Positions 39,776 to 50,118 of a stretch of 64,000 nucleotides of DNA are shown in pieces (the stretch's first letter is position 1; each line of letters begins with the position of its first letter). This DNA is from Felis catus. Its lineage: Eukaryota. Location: the NCBI RefSeq assembly GCF_018350175.1, contig NC_058373.1, positions 114,888,001 through 114,952,000 of the forward strand, in the 5' to 3' direction. The translations under genes were made by a program, and so were the position numbers. Below the pieces are notes generated by a model. It did no database searches. It had not been told where the DNA came from and worked only from the letters and a program-made list of their open reading frames with translations.

Positions 39776-40405
39776 GTTCGGTGACTGGGATGGGTCCTGG
39801 TCCCCTGACCGGAGGGCATGAGTCACCGCCTGGCACAGTTGGCTCAGAGAGCCGATGCTTGGGCTTCGGGCTGTGCTCTCTCTGCTAGGCAGGCTGCCTC
39901 CCGCAGAGCCCTGGGCTGTGACGGGTCTCTCTGGGGCAGAGGCTGGGTGGGTATGAGACCGAGCCAAGGTTTGCTGCTGAGCCAGATGCCGCATGCCAAC
40001 CTTGCTCTATGTGATTGATGAGTTTCTTCCCCAACACCAGCCACAGATGGCTGACATGGTTATAGAAACGCTCTCAGCCTAGAAGACCCATTAATCAAGG
40101 AATCAGTACTGCACCCCGCAGCCTGCGGGACAGGCCTGCGTTTCGCCATGAGTTATGCAGCCAAGTCCTTCCTACGGATCATCTGACTGATGACATTCAT
40201 AGCCAGTCCTATCACTTAGTCGCCAGTCACCGAGCTTCGTACATTTTAGCTTCTTGAATTCTCACAGGAACTCTGTCAGGTAGGTGCTTTCATTATCGCT
40301 CCATTTACAAACTAGGCAACTGGGGCCCAGAGAGGTTAACACACTTGCCCAAGATCACCCAGCCATTAGGGGCAGAGCCAGGATGTAAAAATCACAAAGT
40401 CTGCA

Positions 40406-40624
40406 GGGCCTGGGCGGCTCAGCCGGTTAGGCGGCCGACTTTAGCTCGGGTCACGACCTCACAGTTTGTGAAATCGAGCCCCATGTCAGGCTCTGCGCTG
40501 AGAGCACAGAGCCTACTTGGGATTCCCTGTCTCTCTCTGTCTCTGCCCCTCCCCTGCTCATGTTCTGTCTGTCTGTCTCTCTCTCAAAAATAAACACTAA
40601 AAAACAATTTTTTTTAAAGAAAAG
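40406..40624 (+). mobile_element. Can-SINE
   Basis: Head, CT linker, tail; degenerate TSD aaaatcacaaagtctg/aaaatcatgaagtttg. Confidence 0.9.
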
Positions 40625-40721
40625 AAAATCATGAAGTTTGAACCAGGGTCCATATTCTGCACTGCCCTTTATCGCCCTTCACATATGACTTCATATCCTC
40701 CTACCAACACCACAAATAAAT

Positions 40722-40905
40722 AATGTCGATTTATGTTGAGAGAGAGAGAAGGAGAACATGGGGGGAGGGGCAGAGAGAGAGGGAGACAGGGAATCCCAAG
40801 CAGGCTCTGTGCTGTCAGCGCAGAGCCTGACACGGGGCTCGATCTCACAAACTGTGAGGTCGTGACCTGAGCGCAAATCAAGAGTCTCAGCCACCTAGGC
40901 GCCCC
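40722..40905 (-). mobile_element. Can-SINE
   Basis: Reverse element ending ccacctaggcgcccc. Confidence 0.9.
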
Positions 40906-43236
40906 CAACGCCAACACTTTTGCATTGTTCTTTCCCCATCTTGCACATAAGGAAACTGAGGCCCCATGCAAAGCTCTCAGTCTCAGTCCAGGGCCCCAAC
41001 CTTGTCCCCCGCCAGCCAACATCTCTTCATAGCCGATTCATAGAAGCCTGAGAGGGAGGGGTGGCCGGGGTTGACTCATCATCTACAGATGTAGAAAAGG
41101 CTGAGAGGCCATGAACCCCAAGCCACGGGGCAGGAAATGGGGAGCACCGGGACTCAGTAGACCGGAGAACACGACGGTCCACATCACGGTGACAGAAGCA
41201 CTTGCCGATGGCTCTGCCTGGTGCCAGCTGTCTTCTCCGGAGCTCAGGAGGGTGAGACCCTCTGAATGATCTGTCCCTACAGGCAGAGGGCTGCCTTGCT
41301 GTGTGGTCTGCTTTCTCCCTAAATGCCGGCCAGGGCTAGTGTTTTCCAAAGACATTATTTTTCCTCGACAGCTCGCCTTGTGCTTGTTCGGGTGGAATCT
41401 TCTGCAGACCTGCCGCTCTGGCTTTGTCCACCTACGGCGGGGATTTGAGGATGCTTCGTGGAGCCTAGGGGTTCACTCTCAGTGTGAACCAGAAGCCTGG
41501 GTCTTTGGGTGCTCATCAAGCGGCTGGGCTTATTTTAAATGTATCATAACCAAATGTGTCCATGCCAGTTATTTGGGGGCTGGTTTACTGTGTGCCGGCA
41601 GGGGTGGAGGAGAAGGGCTCTAGCCTTGCAGTTAGAGCCTTGCTCCAGCCCTGGCCCAACCATTCTGTACTGGGTGACCTCTGGCAAGCCACTTAGGCTT
41701 CCTGAGCCTCAGTGTCCTCCTCTGAGAAATGGGAGTGACATAGGGAAAGATCAGATGAGAAAATGTGTCTTGTAGATGGGAAAGCATGTGCAGCAGCCTG
41801 GGAACGGGGAGAGTGTCTCTGCCCCTGGGGCAGGCCAGAGCTACTAGACCCCCAGGCTGAGGATTTTCCAGATGCTAAGGACATGCTCCAGCCATCAGAG
41901 CTCAGTCAGGGGGACCCAAGGGGGTGGGAAGCTGCCTAGGAAAGAAGGGGTGCGGCGTCGAGGGTCCCACCTTGTTCCTGCTGATGAAAAAAGCGTATGA
42001 AAACTTTTTTGGTGGCACTTGCTTTTCCCTTTGAGAACCAAGAGTAGTAGATCCAGCAGGGGACTTGATGTTACAAGAAGGCTTTGAAAACCTTCAGACT
42101 CCCCGGGGTAAACCAGGACGGGAGCCGGGAGGGAGGCTGAGGCAGGAAGCGTAGCTCCGTCTCTCATCTGCATCCCTCCACCCCGCCCCTGATATGGAGT
42201 AGGGCTCACTGGGCCTGCCCCATGGAGCAGAGGAGATGACTGTCCTAGGCCAGGATCCTCTGTGGAGGACACACAGGATGCGGCCTTGCCTCTCTCAGAA
42301 GGCCTGAGCGGCGATGCCCAAGCCACACGGTTGAGAAGTCCCCAGAGATACTTATCAGTGACACAGAGGAAGGCATGGTTGGGCGGCCCCTTCTCGACCC
42401 AGGCTTCACTCTGCCTGGCAGGGCACAAAGAGCACGGGCTGTGGAGCCAAACCTAGAGCTGAAGCCTGGCTGTTTCTCTTAGTACCTGGGCGACATGTGG
42501 CAAGTTACTTGACCCCTCTAAACGTCAGTCCTCTCACTGGCAAAGCAGGGATAATACCGCCTACTTCTTAGGGATGCTGTAAAATCTGAACGGGCTGACA
42601 TTTGTGGAGGGGTTGGCCAGAGGAGGGCCCAAACTCTTTGAGGGGCTGTTTGTCTTGTCGCAGCTGGACCATCAGACCTTCACACAGGGAATGGGATCAA
42701 GAGTGTTTGTGAGTGAATGAATGAGTGAGTGAATGAATGAATGGAGCTCTGTGTGGGGCAACTGAGTCTCCCTGGGAAGGCCTTGACTCCAACCTTAGCC
42801 CCAGTGCTAGCTCAGGGTCCCCAGGACTCCCAAGGGGGGCATGTGTTCAAGATAGATACATGTCAGGCTCATTAACTTTGTGGACAGAGGAGACTGGCAG
42901 GCACGGAGCTGAGAGATGGACGAATGGATGTAATTTATGGGCAAGAATGCCCGAGAGCATCCCTGAGATTCTCCACCTCCATCCCTCGTCCTAGGGGTTC
43001 CCCGAGTCCCCATTCTTTCCCCTTCTACTGTGAATCAGGGTTGTATTGGAGTTGCCTGTACTTTTCTATGCTCCCACTAGATTGCAAACTGCATGAAGAA
43101 AAAGACGTCCACAGCACCTCGGACAATGCCTGGCACATACACAAAGATGTGTGTCAAGGGAATAAAGGAGTATAAAAAAACTGCTATTCTCCCTCAGTTC
43201 TGAGAATGTCTGGTCTTGGAACACAGGGTTCTCAGC

Positions 43237-43264
43237 TTTCTTTTCTTTTTTAATGTTTATTTAT

Positions 43265-43301
<37 letters not shown>

Positions 43302-43461
43302 ATGAGCCGGGGAGCAGGGCAGAGGGAGAGAGAAACCCAAGCAGGCTCCATACTGTCAGCACAGCACCCCACGTGGGGCTTGAACCCACAAACCATGAGA
43401 TCACAACCTGAGCAGAAATCAAGAGTCGGGCGCTTAACTGACTGAACCACCCAGGTGCCCC
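43237..43461 (-). mobile_element. Can-SINE
   Basis: (GA)n linker; TSD tcagctttct. Confidence 0.92.
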
Positions 43462-44267
43462 TCAGCTTTCTCTTCTAACCTGGCTGTTGATTTGGGTTTT
43501 TAAGCAATCAGATGAGGTCTGACCAGGGAAAATTCCTTTTCATCAGGCCCAGGAGACCCAGCATTTGCAAGTTAATGCCAAATCAGTGCCTGATTAAACA
43601 ATGCATGTGAGAACAAGGGGAGACAGCAGAGATGATGCAGCAAATACAGAGGGAGAGGCACCTGCCTGGTGAGAAAACTGCCTTACATACTAATGAATGT
43701 GTCCAAGGCTAAGGCAGCGACAACTACAGCTTTGGGATGATCTGAAGTTTTAGTTTAAACTGGCAGCAGAGAGAAAGGACGAAGGCTTCTCTGTGTACTA
43801 AGCTGTGGCCTTCTTGCAGCGTTTGTCCAGGGCCAGGTCTTGGCTCAGGATGCAGGAGTTTTTATTTGCATACAAATTGCTAACATCAACAAAGTCCTTG
43901 CTCAATTTTTAGGTAAGATGTTATTGCTTCCCTGAAGGCCACAATTCCTTGGTTTTTCTCCTCAATATTCTCCTCACTTAGAGCCACTCACATTGACCCA
44001 GATCTTCCGCCCCAGGAGCGTGGAGGGAGCCAAAGGAAGGGAGCATGAAGAAGGGAACAGGTGGTTGAGCAATCGGACCCGCTTTCAGGATGCTCAAAAC
44101 TTGACCTAAGGGTTTTAAGTATTTTAATCCTCAAGCCAACTCTGGGGGTTGGTCACTATTATCATCTCCATTTATAACAAGGGAATCGAGGTCAGGAAAT
44201 GTTATGAGTTGCTCAGGATCCCAATGGCAGGGCCTGGACTCACAAGAGGTCTGGCTCCTAGAATTAT

Positions 44268-44490
44268 GTTCTTTTTCTTTTTTTTATGTTTATTTATTTT
44301 TGAGAGAGAGAGCGAGAGCGAGCACAAGCAGGGATGGGGCAGAGAGAGAGGGAGACACAGAATCTGAAGCAGGCTCCAGGCTCTGAGCCATCAGCACAGA
44401 GCCCAACCCGGGGCTCAAACTCACAAGCTGTTGAGATCATGACCTGAGCCGAAGTCGGATGCTCAACCCACTGAGGCACCGAAGCACCCC
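44268..44490 (-). mobile_element. Can-SINE
   Basis: TSD tcctagaattat. Confidence 0.92.
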
Positions 44491-44667
44491 TCCTAGAATT
44501 ATATTCTTAAACTAACAATCTCTGTAAATCACTTACTCTTTACATCTCTTTAAATATATTAGACAGTTCTGTTAAAATTATTGACGGTGTGCAGGGGTTA
44601 CTGGCTTGTCCTTGAACTGTTTTCAGCTCTGAGAGAGCTGGGGAGCTTTCTGGAGTCATCGCTAGGG

Positions 44668-44838
44668 TAGGGCTGGCTATGTAATTTGCAGGGCTCAGTG
44701 TAAAATGAAAATATGGGTCATCTAATTCATAAATTATTAAGAATTTCAAAAATGACAACGGCAGAGTGGGTCCCTCAAAGCCCTGGGCCCTGTACAACTT
44801 TTAAGTGCATAGGTTGTATGCCTATGAAGCTGGCTCTG
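44668..44838 (+). mobile_element. MER45A-like hAT-Tip100 MITE
   Basis: ggctggctatgtaatttgcagggctcagtgtaaaatgaaaat...attaagaatttcaa...atgaagctggctctg resembles MER45A as recalled. Confidence 0.7.
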
Positions 44839-44929
44839 AGTCAGGGTTCTGGGTAGAAACATGTCTGCTTGGTCCTGGAACTTGCCATTAGGTCTGGCAC
44901 ACGATAACCATTAAAAAACTACTGGTTAT

Positions 44930-45138
44930 GGTGTGCGTGGGTGGCTCAGTCGGTTAGGCGTTGACTCTTGATCTCGCAGTTTGTAAGTTCGAGCCCCACG
45001 TAGGGCTCTGTGTTGGCAGTGTGGAGCCTGCTTGGGATTCTCTTTCCCTCTCTCTGCCCTTCTTTCGCTTGTGTATGCTATACTCACTCTTTTCTCTCTC
45101 TCAAATAAATAAGCTTTAAAAATTAAAAAAAAAAAAAA
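44930..45138 (+). mobile_element. Can-SINE
   Basis: gggtggctcagtcggttagg head, A tail. Confidence 0.88.
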
Positions 45139-46489
45139 GAGCCAGAGAGATGAGTCTAAACTGGTTTAAAGACTCTGCAGACAGCCGTATTGCCCACTAA
45201 GTGGAAGAAGCTGATCTTTGGGACAAACGGAGCTGACACATAAAGGGGGACAGAGACCAGAACTGGTAGGCATTCCTGATTGCCCATGTTTCTGGTTTTG
45301 TTTGACCCGGAGATTCATCTGTGTTCTGGCTTCTCCTGCAGTTTGACATATGACCCAATAAGCCACACCCCCTCTATTGCTGCCCTTGCAATGGCTGGTT
45401 GGCAGCCCTGTTTAAGATGGGAAGGGCTGTTTTGGATGGGGTCAGCGGGGAGGGGCGACGAGTTCCCTCTGGAACTGGCCTGTGTTTTCAAGATGAGTGT
45501 CTGCTCTCAGGGAACAGAAAAGTTAACCCATCTACAGGAGGGACATTCATGTGTGGGCCTCCTTCGCTCTGACCACGTAACCAACTGATACAATTACCTG
45601 CACTCGAAGCATATTTACTCTGTAGAGAAAGACCTAATTTTGCAAACAGGCAATGATCACAGTCTCCTCGGGGACTGGTGGTCCTCACTTAGGAAGGGAC
45701 TGAAAGTTAGCAGGACAAAATCAGCTCTCAAGTGTCAGCCTAACGAGTCCTTCTGACTCCTAGCACATGGTGCCCCTGTATGACAGCTCACCTCCCAACC
45801 AGACTGAGGAAGATTACGGAGAGGGGCCGAGAAGCTTGAAATTGGGTATTCAGAAAACACATTTACTTTCCTCTAACAGGAACGACGTGTCAAGTGCAAT
45901 TACCCACAATGAGGCTGGGCGTGAGTTGGCAGCTTTTTCAAAACTGTCGTTGTAAAGCTGTCAGAGGTGGGAATGCCTCCTTTCGGGCTGGCGCGCTGTG
46001 TCCGGTCAGAAGCAGACTAGGGAGATGGTTAAGCAAAGGTTGTTAAATTCTACCAGAATTCAGTTTGAAGTGCTGACTCTGTTTACATCCCGGAACGCAG
46101 CTCATTAGCATGTGTCAGAAAGGCAGCTTCAGTGGCTCCAAACATCCGCTGCTGCTCTCGGGCTCCCAGAATACCAGCCTGACACAGCACACTAGCTCGG
46201 TTTCTGTGCAATTTCCTCCCGCCCGAGTGGCCAGGTTGTAGAGCGAGGCTTCATTTGTGACCCAAATATGTCCTGCCTTGAGAATGTGGTGTTTCCTCTT
46301 CCGGGCTCATGATGTGTGGGAGCCGGGCAGGGTTCCGGGCTGGATGGGGCAGAGAACACGAGGCACGGTGCGGTACAGGCGCAAGGGACAGGTGCTCATC
46401 GCCAGCCCCAGAGACGACCAGACTGGCTGCAACACCATAGCTATGCAGTCGTCAAGACAGGATTGTCATTGCACTCTCTCTCAATCTTT

Positions 46490-46730
46490 TTTTTTTTTTT
46501 TTTAATTTTTCATTGTGGAAAATTTCAAGCATGTAAGAAAGCAAGGAGATGAATACCCACCACCCAGCTTCAACAATTATCAATGTATGACCAATCTCGT
46601 TTGTTTCATCTCCATTACTCGTACTGGATTATTCTGAAACAAATCACAGATACGATGTCATTTTATCTGACAATAGTTCAGTACAGGCTCTAAAAGATAA
46701 CCAAAAAACCTCATAATAATTCCTTAATGC
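46490..46730 (-). mobile_element. Old L1 3' end remnant
   Basis: Poly-T, ggaaaatttcaa...cacccagcttcaacaattatcaa. Confidence 0.6.
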
Positions 46731-46907
46731 TGATGGAATCTACACCGGTGATGGGAGGTTCCCGCACGCCCTTCGTTTTCAACCCTGATTTCTAACAGGA
46801 ACAACACGTCAAATGCAAGACAATGAAAAAGGCATGGGATCAAGGTGAGACACGGTTACGCCCACACTTGGATCACCACTGATGTGCTTGGCAACTTTAG
46901 TAATTTC

Positions 46908-47029
46908 ATGTTTTGTTTGTAAAGATTTTATTTTTTTTAAAGTAATCTCTACGTCCAACACGGGGGCTCGAACTCATGACCCGAGATCAAGAGTCCCATG
47001 CTCCACCGACTGAGCCAGTCAAGGCGCCC
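46908..47029 (-). mobile_element. Short Can-SINE
   Basis: TSD gcaactttagtaattt/gcaacgttagtaattt. Confidence 0.88.
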
Positions 47030-48544
47030 TGCAACGTTAGTAATTTTAAAACATTTCTTGAAAAGGCTTAATAGAGAAGGGAAAGAAAACAGCAACCCCT
47101 TACATTTTTATCAGGTCTTCTGATATTTCCCAGTGTTACAGGACAGCCCGTTAGACAGCCAGCAGGTGTTGGAAGAATCTTTGTCTGATCAGCTGGGGGC
47201 TGGACTGCCACGGAGTCCCAGGCCTCTAGAGAGGTACAGGGATGATTATGGTAACATGACTTTTCTTAGACGTCTTTCTGGTTGTTTGTTTTAATAACAG
47301 TATTAAATATGTCTTTACAATAAACTTTATTAAAGTGTAACATATACGTATACATATGTACATATACACACACATATATACACATATACACACATATATA
47401 CATGCACAATATTCTTAGGAGTTTAATGGTTTTGTAGTAACAGTTACAAAGCTTTACATTTGTCCTAAGGAGTAAGATAAACACTGGAAATGCGATGAAC
47501 AGCACAACTGCTATTAGGGTAGCGTTTCTATCATATGGCCACGTAAATGTTTACCATGTGAAACCATCTTTATGGAGAAGCAGAAGGGCCCGTGAGGGAG
47601 TGGCATGGAGCGGGAAGTTGGGCTAAGTGGGGAGAGATGCCCATACAGAAGGTGGCCAGGTGGGGGGTGCTGTCAGAGCCCGGGGGGGGGGGTGGTGAGG
47701 AGGCTGTCCTTGGGGGGAATGAGTGATCCTTCCCTATCCACGGACTCTCAGGACAGCGTGCTCCATGTTGAGCACCGACACCGACTTACTGTTGGGTGGT
47801 CCACTGAAAGGGTGACACAGAATCCTTCATACAAACCATACAATCCCAGTATCTAGGTTGTTCAGTTGCAGGGATTGCTGGGATATGTTAGAGATGGTCA
47901 CTGTTCACGTAACAGGTCACACGGGATTCAAATACTCTAGCACGTAGTTACCATTAGCCTTTTGCATGAAGGGAAGTGTAATTTCTCCATCCAAGTACTT
48001 GAACAGAGGCAGAGAGGACCTGGCTCGGAGATGCCACCCAATCACTGGAGTATGAAGACTTCCCACCTTTGGAGATCCCGAAGAGCTGCATCGGGACTTC
48101 ATATGAATGAGCACATGCACTCAAATGGCCTTTTGGTACCTGTACTTTTGAATCCTTTTTAACACTCCTCTGAAGGGAGTATGAGGCTAACCCCCCTCCC
48201 TCACTACAACTGCAACCTCCTACTGGGACTTGCTTAATAACTGGAAGGGCATTACGGCATTCCCGGAGTTGCATGGTGGGTGGAAGAAAGTGGGTAACCA
48301 TGCTTGCAACACACATCTGGGCCCGCTGTCAGTGTCAAGGACAAAGCAGTCTCTGGAAGGGCCAGGGCCACTGGGAAGAAGGGCCCCAGCATTGTTAGAT
48401 GCTCTTCAAATTGTTCACCCTGGAGCAAGACTCAAACGTACTCTTTTTCTCAGACTAGAGAGCCACTGTAATTGGCCAGGCCTGGGGGGGTCCTGGAACT
48501 GAGTAGATAGTCCACAACTAACGCCAGTAAGTGAGTGAGTTAGC

Positions 48545-48558
48545 GTTACCATGGCAAC
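48545..48558. promoter_or_regulatory. RFX X-box
   Basis: GTTACCATGGCAAC fits the high-affinity consensus GTTRCCATGGYAAC. Confidence 0.55.
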
Positions 48559-49999
48559 CCCTCCTCCCTCAGGCTTCCAAGGGAAAAATCATGCTCTATC
48601 CCATTTCTCTTCCAGTCTAGAGACTTTAAATTCAAACATCTGTTGACAAGGACAGAGGGCCTGTCTCAGTTAAGTGATCTAATCAGTCCTCATTAGCCTT
48701 CTCCCCACTCTCTTGGAAAGCATAAAGAAAATTACCCTTGGCACAGAAGAGGCTTTTAAACCAAGCTCTGCACAGTATGCCTCAAATCGAATACCTAGTT
48801 AAAGCATGTGATTGTAAAAAAAGAGTGTGCCAGGTAAGTTGACACGGGATCTCTAAATGTAGCTGAAAGGACTACTATTGTCTTCAAAGGGCAAGTATCT
48901 TTCTTAGATCAGGCTTCCAGGTAGAACTAAGTAGTGGAGGAGACAGGAAAATGAATCACCGAGAAATCATTCCCTTCCAAGTTTCTATCATTGAAATTCC
49001 CCTCGTTCTATCATCTAGCCTCTTGTAACTTCTCTCCCAAATGTCTTCATGATTTCAGTCTCTCAGCCCCTCATCTCTTGGCCCATCATCCCTCACTTGC
49101 CTTTCTGTGTAGCCTTGAGCTTGGCTGGTTTTTTTTTCCAAGTATAATCGTCATACAATGTTACACTATTTTCATGGTTAGCCTTTTGATATTGTGCTTG
49201 TGACCTACGATTATGGATGTATTATGATAAATTTTTTAAATCTTAGATCCTTCCTCTACTTATATACATGAACAAATTACCTGTATTTAAAAAAAAAAAA
49301 AATGTGTCCTTCCAACTCCTCATTCCGTATTACCACTTTCTTCTTTCAAGTTTCCAGTGGACTTTGCCTTTCTTGCCTGTGCTTCGTCATTTCCTGTACT
49401 TTTTATCTGCAAATGGTTCTTGTCTTCGCGTTACACTCCTGAAAAAATTTCCTGAATTCCAAACCCAAGCCTTTTTATAATTCCTCATCTTACCTGTCTC
49501 ACTGAAAAATTCTCTTGACTTGGCTTCTGGGACATTATAGTCTCCAGTTCTCCAATCTAATCTACACAGAGCAGTGGATTTAATCCTCCTAATGCAGCTT
49601 TGACAGGTTTGCCTTAAAAATCTTTAAAGATTATTCACAAAAGCCTACGAAGTTAAAGTCTGCAGCTTTATGTTCAAGGGGTTCCACTACTAGCTTTCCC
49701 GGCCTTTATACCACTGCTCACCTAAATACGCACTTTACCTACCCTGGCCATGGCTTCCTTGCTGTTCCTCAAACGTTACAGTGCTTTACTACCTTGTTAT
49801 CACTTCTGTCCTGTTGTCCTATTTTCCAAGCTCAGCCGTTCCTCGAGGCCCAGCTCAAGCGTTAGCTTCTGCATGAAAGCCAGCTAGGTGTGCCATCTCA
49901 CACTTCTTAAATACCTATGGATAAAGAATTAGCAAAACTTCTGCTCCATGGACAAATTTGACCTTGGGTTAGGAAAAATATGGTGGACATATTCTTAAG

Positions 50000-50118
50000 C
50001 AGGCCCCACACTCAGTGTGGAGCCAGGCCCAGGGCTCGAACCCACAAAGCTGGGATCATGACCTGAGCCAAAATCAAGAGTCTCGGACATGCAACCAACT
50101 GAGCCACGCAGGCGCCCT
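50000..50118 (-). mobile_element. Can-SINE 5' half
   Basis: gggctcgaaccc...atcatgacctgagc...caggcgccc; tail missing. Confidence 0.8.

Larger units (their letters stand above)
43779..47940 (+). pseudogene. Candidate unannotated multi-exon gene/unitary pseudogene encoding a secreted four-helix-cytokine-like protein
   Basis: Segments 43779/43820-43912, 45880-45920, 46799-46844, 47115-47233 and possibly 47821-47940; GT-AG boundaries with chaining phases; hydrophobic leader RLLCVLSCGLLAAFVQG; start codon apparently ACG and out of frame by one base; later segments need frameshifts. Confidence 0.5.

Noticed and set aside
43779..47940. Naming the candidate as IL5, CSF2, IL3, KK34 or leptin
   Set aside because: As I recall, the first four reside in the RAD50/IRF1 TH2 cytokine region and leptin has two coding exons elsewhere. 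Similarity here is only motif-level by eye, so no symbol is given.
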